A stretch of 64,000 nt of DNA, from the NCBI GenBank assembly GCA_947085935.1, contig CAMTYE010000009.1, forward strand, positions 72,021-136,020, given 5' to 3'. A program made the position numbers and the translations under genes. This document shows positions 29,282-38,794 of the stretch, piece by piece. Position 1 is the stretch's first letter, and every line of letters begins with the position of its first letter. Origin of the DNA: an uncultured Actinomycetes bacterium. GTDB taxonomy: Bacteria > Actinomycetota > Coriobacteriia > Anaerosomatales > CAMTYE01. A model generated the notes under the pieces. That model saw only the letters and a program-made list of their open reading frames with translations, was not told the DNA's origin and did not search any database.

Positions 29282-31585
29282 GTGAAACGCGTCGCACATA
29301 TGGTGGTGCTCGCCGCCGTTCTCCTGGCGGCCGTGGCGACCCCTGCACTTGCACCGGCCGCGCCACCCTCCGCCTCGCGGGTCTTCATCGTGCTCGCCCC
29401 GTTCCTGTCCTGGGCGGATCTCACGAGCGGCGACGCACCGGAACTCGTACGACTTGCGGAGTCGGGCGCCATCGCCAATCTCAACACACGCAACCGCAAT
29501 CGGCTCGCCGTCTCTCCCAACACGCTCGCGCAAGGGGCGCTGACGCTCGGCGCGGGCTCATGGGCGGCCGAGGTCCCGATGGGCGCCGGTGCCTACGGGA
29601 CCACCGAGCGGTACGACGGGACGCGCGTCGCCGCGGTCTTCGAGCGCACGAGCGATCACTCCGCCGAGGAGTACAGCAGCGTCTTCCTGGGTATGCCGGC
29701 GACGGTACGCCTGAACCTCACAAGCACGTTCGGTGTGCGTCTGGGTGCTCTCGGTCAGAGCGTTATCGATGCCGGCGGAACGACGGCCGCGATCGGAAAC
29801 TCGGACTTCCGTACTGAGGTCGACGGAATGCGAAGGTCACGCCCGGCGGCCCTGGTTGCCATGGACGCTGCTGGCCGTGTTCCTCTTGGCGACGTGAGTA
29901 CGTCGATGCTCGCCAAGGACGATACGGCCGCGTTGGGGGTGCGCGCCGACCTCGAGCGCTACCGCGAAGGCCTCGACACCGCTGTCCTCGAGGCGGGAGA
30001 TCGGCGCCTCCTCGCCGTCATCGACCTGGGCGATCTTGCGCGGGCGCATATCGCGGAGCCGAGCACCTCACCGACGAGTGCGGCGCGCCAGCGCGCAGAA
30101 GCCCTCGCCGCACTGTCCGAGGTGCTCACGATCGCACGCGCGAGTATGGGCGCCGGTGACCTGCTGCTCGTGGTTCCCCAGGCCGTGCCCGAGGGTCGGG
30201 GGATCACTCCACGCCTCGCTCCATTCGTCGCGTACGGTCGTGACATGAAGGGACTGCTCTCGTCCCCGTCGACCCAGCGCCCGGGCCTTGTCTCGAATCT
30301 CGACGTTGCGGCGACCGTGCTCGACGCGTTCGCTATCGAGCGCCCCGTTGAGATGCTCGGCAACCGGGTGGGCTCCGATGGCTCGGCCGCGTCCCTGACG
30401 GAGCGAGTGGACGTTCTCGAGCGTGTGAACGACTCCGCGGTGACGATCGACAGCGTGAAGCCGGCTGTGATCAACGGCTACATCACGGGCACGGTGTTCT
30501 TACTGCTGGCATGCACGGTCGTGCTGCTCCGCGCACGCAGGTGGTCCGAGCAGACGGTGCGGCTGGTGGTCCGTGTGGCGAAGTCGCTCCTGCTCGTCGT
30601 ACTCGCCGTTCCGCCGGCGAGCATCGCGATGTTCGCGCTGGACGCTCACCCGCCGACGATCTCCGCGGCGCTGGCGCTGTTCGTTTCATTCACCGCCGCG
30701 GTGTGGGCGACGGGCATGCTCCTGATGAGTTGCTGTGGCACACGTGTCGCTGCGGGAGCTCTCTCACTCCTCAACGTCGGGGTCATCATGCTGGACCAGC
30801 TGCTCGGTGCCCCGTGGTCGTTCTCTGCGTTCCTCGGCTACTCGCCGCTTCTCGCGGCGCGCTACTACGGCATCGGGAACGAGGGTGCCGCGCTGGTCGT
30901 CGGAGCGCTGCTTGTAGGAGCTGCTCTGCTCATGGACGAGTTCCCGGCCAGCGGGATCACGGCCGCGGCGAAACGATGGCTGCTTCCCGGCGCCGGACTT
31001 GTGGTCACCGCGATCTGCGCTGCTCCGTTCCTGGGGGCGAACGTCGGTGTGGCCGCGTGGGGAGTGGTCGCGTTCGCGGTGATGTGGGCGTTGAGTAACG
31101 GGATGCGGCTCTCCTGGCGCCTCGTGGCGGGGTCTCTGCTCGTGATCGTCGTGTTGGTCGCGGCGTTCTCCCTGATCGATCTCTTCGGAGGAGGGGAGCA
31201 GACCCACCTGGGTCGCGCGTGGACGAGCGCGGAACAGGGCGGTCTGGGCGAACTGTGGACGATCATCGTCCGCAAAGCCGAGACGAACGCCCGCGTTCTC
31301 ACGCACACCAACTGGACATTCGTGCTCGTGGCCGTCCTCGCGTTCCTGGCTCTCGCCCGCTGGCGACCGTGGGGGGATTTCGCCCACACGCTCTCCGAGA
31401 ACCCGTACTTCTCGGCAGCTATGGCCGCGTCGCTCATCGGTGGCGCGGCTGCCTACGTGACCGAGGACTCGGGAATCGTGATTCCGGCGTTGATGGTGGT
31501 CTATGTCGGCGTCGGTACCGTGTGGCTCATGCTCTCGGAACTCCGTCCGGCCCCGGCGCGTTCTGGAGAGGTTGTCGGGAGATGA
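29282..31585 (+). CDS. Large conserved-looking membrane protein: signal peptide, ~400-aa extracytoplasmic domain, polytopic C-terminal half
   Basis: GTG at 29282 with SD AGAAGGAG 6 nt upstream. Signal-like VKRVAHMVVLAAVLLAAVATPALA. At least 10 hydrophobic segments from about the middle to the end (e.g. YYGIGNEGAALVVGALLVGAALL). I recognise no catalytic motif. Confidence 0.55.
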   Translation: MKRVAHMVVLAAVLLAAVATPALAPAAPPSASRVFIVLAPFLSWADLTSGDAPELVRLAESGAIANLNTRNRNRLAVSPNTLAQGALTLGAGSWAAEVPMGAGAYGTTERYDGTRVAAVFERTSDHSAEEYSSVFLGMPATVRLNLTSTFGVRLGALGQSVIDAGGTTAAIGNSDFRTEVDGMRRSRPAALVAMDAAGRVPLGDVSTSMLAKDDTAALGVRADLERYREGLDTAVLEAGDRRLLAVIDLGDLARAHIAEPSTSPTSAARQRAEALAALSEVLTIARASMGAGDLLLVVPQAVPEGRGITPRLAPFVAYGRDMKGLLSSPSTQRPGLVSNLDVAATVLDAFAIERPVEMLGNRVGSDGSAASLTERVDVLERVNDSAVTIDSVKPAVINGYITGTVFLLLACTVVLLRARRWSEQTVRLVVRVAKSLLLVVLAVPPASIAMFALDAHPPTISAALALFVSFTAAVWATGMLLMSCCGTRVAAGALSLLNVGVIMLDQLLGAPWSFSAFLGYSPLLAARYYGIGNEGAALVVGALLVGAALLMDEFPASGITAAAKRWLLPGAGLVVTAICAAPFLGANVGVAAWGVVAFAVMWALSNGMRLSWRLVAGSLLVIVVLVAAFSLIDLFGGGEQTHLGRAWTSAEQGGLGELWTIIVRKAETNARVLTHTNWTFVLVAVLAFLALARWRPWGDFAHTLSENPYFSAAMAASLIGGAAAYVTEDSGIVIPALMVVYVGVGTVWLMLSELRPAPARSGEVVGR

Positions 31586-32565
31586 CCGACTCGATGCTCA
31601 CCGCTGCGGTTCTGGCACTGGGGCTGGGAGTGGTCGTCCCCTGGCTTGGGGTGCGCCTGATGGCGCCGTCTCTCGCGGCGGGGCCGCGTGTTCCGAACTT
31701 CCGGGGTCGGCCCGTGTTCGCCGGTCTGGGTGTCGTGTGGCTACTGTGGGCCGGCGCCGCGATACTCGCCGGCGTCGCCGGTTCCTCGGTGGTGCCGTGG
31801 GACGGGACGCGAATCCCGGTGCTCGCGCTGGCAGGGCCCCTCGCGCTGGTGGCGTTCGCCCTGGGGCTGTTCGATGACGCATACGGCGACCCGGCAGCAC
31901 GCGGATTCAGGGGGCATCTGTCGGCGATGCTTCGCGGGCGGCTCACCACCGGCGGCGCCAAGCTGCTTGGCGTTTCTTCGGCGTCGTTCGTCGTTGCCCT
32001 TGTCCTCGTCCGGGCGCGGTTCGACCGTCCTCCGACGCCGGCTCTGATCGCGGGGGCCCTGGCTGTGGGTGCGGCGATCGCGCTCACATCGAACTTCATC
32101 AACCTACTCGACGTGAGACCCGGCCGCGCGCTGAAGGCGTACTCGCTGCTCGTGGCCTGCGGAGTCGTTTCGGCGTCGATCGGACTGCATCCGGCCGGAC
32201 AGCGGATCGCGCCGGATGCGGTTCTCGCCGACGGGCTGTTCCTCGCGGCGTTTGCCATCGGCCCTGTGCTCGCCACGTGGCGCTGGGACCTTGGCGAGGT
32301 CGGCATGCTCGGCGATGCGGGCGCCAATCCCGCAGGCGCGGTCGCAGGGCTGCTGATCGTGGCCGGCCTGCCGGTATGGGGTATCGGTCTGTACCTCGTG
32401 GTCATGGTGGTGCTCAATCTCGCGTCGGAACGCATCTCCTTCACGCGGATCATCGAGTCCAGCACCGTGCTGTGCCGGCTCGATATGCTCGGGCGCTTGC
32501 CCTTGGATCGGGACGGGTCTGCGGAGCCGGCTTCTGATTCGACACGAATCCCGCCCCCGATGTAG
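31582..32565 (+). CDS. Divergent MraY/WecA-like (polyprenyl-phosphate sugar-phosphate transferase superfamily) membrane protein
   Basis: ATGA overlap with the preceding gene. Polytopic. LGLFDDAYGD matches the DD loop. NFINLLDVRPGRA partly matches the NxxNxxDGxDGL loop (compare NAVNLTDGLDGLA in this window's own MraY). Confidence 0.5.
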   Translation: MTDSMLTAAVLALGLGVVVPWLGVRLMAPSLAAGPRVPNFRGRPVFAGLGVVWLLWAGAAILAGVAGSSVVPWDGTRIPVLALAGPLALVAFALGLFDDAYGDPAARGFRGHLSAMLRGRLTTGGAKLLGVSSASFVVALVLVRARFDRPPTPALIAGALAVGAAIALTSNFINLLDVRPGRALKAYSLLVACGVVSASIGLHPAGQRIAPDAVLADGLFLAAFAIGPVLATWRWDLGEVGMLGDAGANPAGAVAGLLIVAGLPVWGIGLYLVVMVVLNLASERISFTRIIESSTVLCRLDMLGRLPLDRDGSAEPASDSTRIPPPM

Positions 32566-32623
32566 GCGGGCGCGGGTAGAATCGGTATATCGGGTCGAGT
32601 TCGCATCAGGATGAAGGGATAGC

Positions 32624-34240
32624 ATGGCAAAGCACATATTCGTTACGGGTGGCGTGGTTTCCTCGCTCGGCAAGGGCATCACAGCGGCATCTCTCGGCCG
32701 CCTGCTCAAGTCCAGAGGCCTCAAGGTCACGATCCAGAAGCTCGACCCTTACCTCAACGTCGACCCGGGAACGATGAGCCCCTTTCAACACGGTGAGGTG
32801 TTCGTGACGGATGACGGGGCCGAGACCGACCTCGACCTCGGTCACTACGAGCGCTTCATCGACGAGTCGCTGACCCGCGATTGCAACGTGACCGCAGGCA
32901 AGATCTACTCCACGATCATCACCCGCGAACGCCGCGGTGATTTCCTCGGCGGAACCGTACAGGTCATCCCCCATGTGACCAATGAGATCAAGGATCGCAT
33001 CAAGCGCATCGCCGAGGACACGAACCCCGATGTCGTCATCACCGAGGTCGGCGGTACCGTGGGCGACATCGAGTCATTGCCGTTCCTGGAGTCGATTCGG
33101 CAGCTGCGCCGCGACCTCGGCCGCGAGAACGTCTGCTACATCCATGTGACGCTTGTGCCATGGATCGCGGCAAGTAAAGAGCTCAAGACCAAGCCGACCC
33201 AGCATTCCGTCCAGGAGCTGCGCAGTATCGGTATCCAGCCGGACTTCATCGTCTGTCGCGCCGATCGCTCCCTCGACGAGTCGATCCGACGCAAGATAGC
33301 CCTGTTCTGCGACGTCGAGGCACATGCGGTGGTCGAGGCCGTTGACGCCCGCAGCATCTACGAGGTTCCGCTGAACCTCTCGCGTCAGGGGCTTGATGAG
33401 ATGGTCATCGAGCGCCTCGAGCTCCAGTGCGCCGAACGCGACATGGATGACTGGAACGAGTTCGTGAGTCACTCGATGACGCTGACCAAAGAGGTGGACA
33501 TCGCGCTTGTCGGCAAGTATGTACAGCTTCCCGATGCGTACCTATCGGTGACCGAGGCGCTCGATCACGCGGGTATCTTCCACGACCACAAAGTCAACGT
33601 CCATTGGGTGGATGCCGAAACGCTGACGCCCGAAGAGGTCGACGCGACACTCGCCCGGTTCGACGGCATTCTCGTGCCCGGCGGGTTCGGTATCCGCGGT
33701 ATCGAGGGCAAGATCAGGGCGGCGACGTTCGCCAGGGTCAACAAGGTTCCGTACTTCGGCATCTGTCTGGGAATGCAGGTGGCCGTCGCCGAGTTCGCGC
33801 GCAATGTCGCCGGTCTGAGCGGCGCGAACTCGACCGAGTTCGATCCGGTGACGGAGCATCCTGTCATCGACTTGATGCTCGATCAGCACGAGGTCGAAGA
33901 TATGGGTGGAACCATGCGCCTCGGCACGTATCCGTGTACGGTCGCTGCAGACACTCGCGGCTTCGAGGCCTATGGCCAGGAACTCATCTACGAGCGTCAC
34001 CGTCATCGCTATGAGGTCAACAACGCATACCGCGATCGCCTGACCGAGGCGGGCCTGACCCTCAGCGGGCTGTCGCCGGACGGCCGTCTCGTCGAGATGA
34101 TCGAGCTTGCCGACCACCCCTGGTTCCTCGGGAATCAGGGGCACCCGGAGTTCAAGAGCCGCCCCACCCGCCCAGCACCGTTGTTTCGCGAGTTCGTGGG
34201 TGCCGCGACGCGCCGTCGCGCAGAGCGTGATGATCGGTGA
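32624..34240 (+). CDS. pyrG: CTP synthase
   Basis: [20 protein letters not shown]-terminus and the glutaminase motif GICLGMQ. 538 aa. Confidence 0.97.
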   Translation: MAKHIFVTGGVVSSLGKGITAASLGRLLKSRGLKVTIQKLDPYLNVDPGTMSPFQHGEVFVTDDGAETDLDLGHYERFIDESLTRDCNVTAGKIYSTIITRERRGDFLGGTVQVIPHVTNEIKDRIKRIAEDTNPDVVITEVGGTVGDIESLPFLESIRQLRRDLGRENVCYIHVTLVPWIAASKELKTKPTQHSVQELRSIGIQPDFIVCRADRSLDESIRRKIALFCDVEAHAVVEAVDARSIYEVPLNLSRQGLDEMVIERLELQCAERDMDDWNEFVSHSMTLTKEVDIALVGKYVQLPDAYLSVTEALDHAGIFHDHKVNVHWVDAETLTPEEVDATLARFDGILVPGGFGIRGIEGKIRAATFARVNKVPYFGICLGMQVAVAEFARNVAGLSGANSTEFDPVTEHPVIDLMLDQHEVEDMGGTMRLGTYPCTVAADTRGFEAYGQELIYERHRHRYEVNNAYRDRLTEAGLTLSGLSPDGRLVEMIELADHPWFLGNQGHPEFKSRPTRPAPLFREFVGAATRRRAERDDR

Positions 34241-35358
34241 CGATGTACGACGACCGCCTACTCAGCACCTTCCTCGAACTGGTTCGCATAGATAGCCCCT
34301 CGCGATCCGAGGCCGCCGTGGCGGCTTACTGCGCTGCGGCGCTGGAGCCGCTGGGCTTCGAAGTCACCATCGATTCCGCTGCGTCGACCACCGGGTCGGA
34401 CACCGGGAATCTGGTCGCAACGCTGCCGGGCAGCCCCGGCTCTTCGATGCTGGTGTTGTCGGCACACATGGACTGCGTCGAACCGTGCAGGGGTGTGGAG
34501 CCCGTTGTCTCGGACGGGGTGGTCACGTCGGCGGGCGAGACGGTACTCGGTGCTGACGACAAGGCCGGCATCGCCGCGATCCTCGAGAGCGTGCGACGTA
34601 TGGTCGAGTCCGGCGAGCCCCGGCCGGGCCTCAAGGTGGTTCTCACGGTCGCCGAGGAAACGGGCCTCACGGGCGCCAAGGTCCTCGACCCGGATCTCCT
34701 CGGAGGCGAACTCTGTCTCGTGCTCGATGCGGACGGCGCCCCTGGTGGCATCGTCATCGCCGCGCCGACGCACTACACGTTCATCGCGTCGTTCCTCGGT
34801 ACCGCATCTCATGCGGGAGTTGCGCCGCAGGACGGGCGGTCTGCGCTCGTCATGGCCTCTCGCGCCATAGCGGCGATGCGGCTGGGGCGGCTCGACGAAC
34901 GGACCACCGCCAACATCGGCACCGTGAACGGGGGGACGGCGACGAACGTCGTGGCTGCCCAGGCAACCGTCACGGGCGAGTGTCGTTCGACCGACGCAGC
35001 TACGGTCGAGGATGTTCGCGCGAGTATGGATACCATCATGAGACAGGCTGCGGCGACGGGTGACGGTCGCGTCGATATCGCGTGGACCCGCGAGTATGGC
35101 GGGTTCGAATTCGATGAAGATCACCCGCTGGTGGAGCTCGTTGCTGACGCGTGTCGTGATGTCGGGCTTCAGCCCCGCACGTTCGCCACGGGTGGCGGCA
35201 GCGACGGCAACATCTTCTCGGCGGCAGGCGTGCCGACACTCGTACTGTCGTGCGGTATGTCCGCGGTCCATTCCACGAAGGAGAGCCTGGCCGTAGCCGA
35301 CCTGGATGCGTTGACGCTTCTGGTCGGAGCGGTCGCACGTCGATTCACGGGGGTCTGA
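34237..35358 (+). CDS. M20 family metallopeptidase (tripeptidase/PepT-like)
   Basis: [18 protein letters not shown] and [11 protein letters not shown] motifs. GTGA overlap with the pyrG stop. Confidence 0.8.
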   Translation: MTMYDDRLLSTFLELVRIDSPSRSEAAVAAYCAAALEPLGFEVTIDSAASTTGSDTGNLVATLPGSPGSSMLVLSAHMDCVEPCRGVEPVVSDGVVTSAGETVLGADDKAGIAAILESVRRMVESGEPRPGLKVVLTVAEETGLTGAKVLDPDLLGGELCLVLDADGAPGGIVIAAPTHYTFIASFLGTASHAGVAPQDGRSALVMASRAIAAMRLGRLDERTTANIGTVNGGTATNVVAAQATVTGECRSTDAATVEDVRASMDTIMRQAAATGDGRVDIAWTREYGGFEFDEDHPLVELVADACRDVGLQPRTFATGGGSDGNIFSAAGVPTLVLSCGMSAVHSTKESLAVADLDALTLLVGAVARRFTGV

Positions 35359-35359
35359 C

Positions 35360-36457
35360 ATGCGCATGGTGTGGGGGAGCGTGTGCGCGGTCGAGGTGGA
35401 CGAACCGTCTGTGCAGCACCTCGCCGTCGAACTCGACGATGCCACCTCAGGTCGCGCGATCGCTTACCCGGCGTTGTGCGGCTCGTGCGTCCCCGGCGAC
35501 CGGGTTCTCCTCAATACGACAGCGGTCGACCTCGCTCTCGGAACCGGGGGGGTCCACTACGTCGTCGCGCGACTGGCGTCGACGGAGGGCGTCGCCTTCG
35601 ACGCTCCTTCAGGCGGGCACGTGATGAAGCTGCGCTACACGCCGCTGCAGCTCGACGTTCTGAGTGTGGAGGAGCCGGCCAGCCCGCATCACGCGGTCAT
35701 GGCCGCAGCCGAAGATCTCGATGGCATGCCGGTGGCGTGCTGCGGGCTGCATAGCCAGGCGCCGCTCGTCGCGGCTGCGGCCAAACACACACGACCCGAT
35801 CTGCGGGTCGCCTACGTGATGACTGACTTCGCCGCGCTGCCGGCGGCGCTGTCGGACCTCACTCGGCAGGCACGGGCGAACGGGCTGTTCGATGTTGTCG
35901 TGAGCGCGGGACAGGCCTTCGGCGGGGAGCTCGAGGCGGTCAATCTGCATTCGGGGCTTCTTGCGGCGCGGCATGTGGCTCAGGCGGATGTCGCCGTCGT
36001 GGCGATAGGGCCCGGCGTCGTCGGCACGGCCACGCCTCTCGGGCACGGGGGAGTGGCGCAGGGTGAGGCGATCAATGCCGCCGCGGCAATCGGCGGCCGC
36101 CCGGTCGCGGTCCTTCGGTTGTCATTCGCGGATACGCGGACCAGGCACCAGGGAGTGAGTCACCACACGGTGACCGCACTGTCCCGCATCGCGCTGGCCC
36201 AGGCCGTCGTGGCGATTCCGGGGCTGCCGGCCGATCAAGCGCACATCGTCGAGGTGGCCCTTCAGCGCGCCGGGGTGTGGAACCGACACACCCGCGCGAA
36301 CGTCGGACCCGGTGACCCTTCGGCCATCTCGACAAGAGGTCTCGAGGTGCGCACGATGGGCCGTACTTCGGAGCAGGATCCTGCGTTCTTCGCGGGTGCG
36401 TTCGCCGCCGGCGAGATCTGCGCCCGGCTCGCAGGCGAGGGGTCTTTCGGCGGGTGA
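35360..36457 (+). CDS. Conserved hypothetical protein (from memory resembles the DUF3866 family)
   Basis: The ATG lies 1 nt after the M20 stop. GGHVMKLRYTPLQ and GPGVVGTATPLGHGG segments. The family assignment is recollection only. Confidence 0.55.
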   Translation: MRMVWGSVCAVEVDEPSVQHLAVELDDATSGRAIAYPALCGSCVPGDRVLLNTTAVDLALGTGGVHYVVARLASTEGVAFDAPSGGHVMKLRYTPLQLDVLSVEEPASPHHAVMAAAEDLDGMPVACCGLHSQAPLVAAAAKHTRPDLRVAYVMTDFAALPAALSDLTRQARANGLFDVVVSAGQAFGGELEAVNLHSGLLAARHVAQADVAVVAIGPGVVGTATPLGHGGVAQGEAINAAAAIGGRPVAVLRLSFADTRTRHQGVSHHTVTALSRIALAQAVVAIPGLPADQAHIVEVALQRAGVWNRHTRANVGPGDPSAISTRGLEVRTMGRTSEQDPAFFAGAFAAGEICARLAGEGSFGG

Positions 36458-36596
36458 TTCGGGATGCGCATAATGCATGAACGTGCGCTACACTCTGGAT
36501 GGTCAATTCACGGGACAATGCTTGATCGGGACGGTCGGTTGCCGCGTCGCCACACCACCGGTCGAACTGAGCCCATCGGGATCGGGAGGTCATGAC

Positions 36597-37712
36597 GTGA
36601 TCGTAGGAGTACCCAAGGAGATCAAGAACAACGAGTTCCGGGTCGGCATGACGCCGGCAGGCGTCGCCCAGTTCGTGGCTCACGGCCATACGGTTCTCGT
36701 TGAGAAGAGCGCCGGCGGCGGCTCGTCGTTCACCGATGAAGAATACGTCACGGCCGGTGCCCGGATGCTCGGGACCGCCGCCGAGGTCTTCGCCGGGGCG
36801 GACATGATCGTCAAGGTGAAGGAGCCCCAGGCGGTCGAGATCGCCATGCTGCGACCGGGACAGATTCTGTATACATACCTGCATCTCGCCCCGGATCTCG
36901 CGCAGACCCGGGGGCTCATCGACTCAGGCGCGATCTGTATCGCCTACGAGACCGTTGAGCTTCCGAACCGCAGCCTCCCGCTCCTCGCTCCCATGTCGGA
37001 GGTCGCAGGCCGCATGGCTTCGCAGGTCGGTGCTGCTTATCTGCAGAAGCCGAACGGCGGCCGTGGAGTGCTCATGGGTGGCGTCCCCGGCGTGCTGCCC
37101 GCCAAGGTCGTCGTACTCGGCGGCGGGGTCGTCGGCACCAATGCCGCGTATGTCGCCATGGGTATGGGCGCGGACGTGACGATCATGGATGTCAACCTCG
37201 ACCGGCTGCGCTACCTTGATGAGATCTGGGGCAACCGTATCCGCACGCTCTTCTCCTCGATGTACAACATCGAGCGCATCGTCACCGAGGCGGACCTGGT
37301 TATCGGCGCCGTGCTCCTCCCGGGTGCCAAGACGCCGTATCTCGTCACGCGCGACATGCTGCCGACCATGAAGCCCGGAGCAGTGCTCGTGGACGTCTCC
37401 GTGGACCAAGGCGGTTGCATCGAGACCACCAAGCCCACCACCCACGCCGACCCCACGTACTTCGTCGACGGGGTGCTTCACTACGGTGTGGCGAACATGC
37501 CCGGCGCCGTTCCCCACACTTCGACGCTCGGGCTGACGAACGCCACCCTGCGTTACGGCCTGGCTATCGCGGACAAGGGCTGGGAGCGTGCCATCCTCGA
37601 TGACGCCGCGCTGGCCAAGGGCGTGAATGTGCTCGATGGGAAGATCACCTACGCCCCGGTCGCGGAGGCGCATGGTCTGGAGTTCTCACCGCTGAGCTCC
37701 CTGATCGGGTAG
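36597..37712 (+). CDS. ald: Alanine dehydrogenase
   Basis: [21 protein letters not shown]-terminus and Rossmann motif [22 protein letters not shown] lies before the GTG at 36597. The ORF-track start at 36477 is rejected. Confidence 0.92.
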   Translation: MIVGVPKEIKNNEFRVGMTPAGVAQFVAHGHTVLVEKSAGGGSSFTDEEYVTAGARMLGTAAEVFAGADMIVKVKEPQAVEIAMLRPGQILYTYLHLAPDLAQTRGLIDSGAICIAYETVELPNRSLPLLAPMSEVAGRMASQVGAAYLQKPNGGRGVLMGGVPGVLPAKVVVLGGGVVGTNAAYVAMGMGADVTIMDVNLDRLRYLDEIWGNRIRTLFSSMYNIERIVTEADLVIGAVLLPGAKTPYLVTRDMLPTMKPGAVLVDVSVDQGGCIETTKPTTHADPTYFVDGVLHYGVANMPGAVPHTSTLGLTNATLRYGLAIADKGWERAILDDAALAKGVNVLDGKITYAPVAEAHGLEFSPLSSLIG

Positions 37713-37781
37713 TTCGGACCGATGGCGTACGCGGGGCCGCTCGCTCTACGGGCGGCCCTTTCGTATGCCTATAATCGAGCC

Positions 37782-38696
37782 ATGAGAACCAACGCCGATG
37801 AGTTCATCGCCTATCTCGCTGTCGAGCGGGGCTCTTCACCCAACACCATCGACGCCTACACGCGTGATCTGGCCGAGTACGTCGTGTTCCTCGCGAGCCG
37901 CGGCATCCGAACGTCGGACGAGGTCACTCGCGAGGACGTGACGGCGTTCCTCGGTTCGCTGCGGGCCAGGGGTCTCGCTGCCAGCTCGGTCGAGCGAAAA
38001 GCCGCAGCGGTCAAGTCGTTTCACAGGTTCCTCGTTCGTGAAGGCATCACGGAAAACCACCCGACGGCACGGATGCCATTGCCCAAGGTCCCGGATCGCC
38101 TGCCGGATGTCGTGAGCATCGCCGAGGTCTTGCGCCTGCTGTCCCAGCCGTTCGAGGGCACCCCTGCGGGTGTGCGCGATCGCGCGATCCTCGAGACGCT
38201 CTACGGATGCGGCCTCAGAGTGAGCGAACTCACGGCGCTGGACATACTCGACGTCGACCTCACCGAGGGGTATATGCGGGTTGTCGGAAAGGGGTCCAAG
38301 GAGCGCGACGTTCCGGTCAGCGGCGAAGCGGCGCGCGCCATCGAGTCGTACGTGAGTCACTCCCGCGCGCTTCTGCGCCCGGCATCCACGATCAGACCCC
38401 GAGATCCGTCCGCGCTCTTCGTCAACGTTCGGGGAGGCCGACTCACGCGTCAGTCGGTCTTCGGAATCGTCAGGCGCTATGGCGCCCGGGTCGGGCTGGA
38501 CCTGCACCCCCACACGCTCCGACACTCGTTCGCCACGCACATGCTCGAGGGCGGAGCCGACCTGCGGGTCCTCCAGGAGATCCTCGGTCACGCAGATATC
38601 TCGACCACGCAGGTGTACACACATGTCGATCGTCATCACATTCGCGAGGAGTATCTCACCACGCATCCGCGTGCGCGTCTGCGGCCAACGCGTTAG
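37782..38696 (+). CDS. xerD: Tyrosine recombinase XerD (chromosome dimer resolution)
   Basis: FIAYLAVERGSSPNTIDAYTRDL core-binding domain. Catalytic region HPHTLRHSFATHMLEGGADLRVLQEILGHADISTTQVYTHV. Position after pyrG as in M. tuberculosis. Confidence 0.85.
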   Translation: MRTNADEFIAYLAVERGSSPNTIDAYTRDLAEYVVFLASRGIRTSDEVTREDVTAFLGSLRARGLAASSVERKAAAVKSFHRFLVREGITENHPTARMPLPKVPDRLPDVVSIAEVLRLLSQPFEGTPAGVRDRAILETLYGCGLRVSELTALDILDVDLTEGYMRVVGKGSKERDVPVSGEAARAIESYVSHSRALLRPASTIRPRDPSALFVNVRGGRLTRQSVFGIVRRYGARVGLDLHPHTLRHSFATHMLEGGADLRVLQEILGHADISTTQVYTHVDRHHIREEYLTTHPRARLRPTR

Positions 38697-38794
38697 GATT
38701 CGGCCGCACCGAGGGAAGAATTGGTAGTGGTAGTTGGACGCTTGGTGTTAAATGAATAGACACAGAGCGTTTTCGTATGAGGAGGAGGATGCGC

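Noticed and set aside
37782-38696. A tyrosine recombinase as a possible marker of an integrated mobile element.
   Set aside because: The sequence and the position after pyrG fit chromosomal XerD. No flanking direct repeats, tRNA gene, phage or transposon genes, or visible compositional break were seen.
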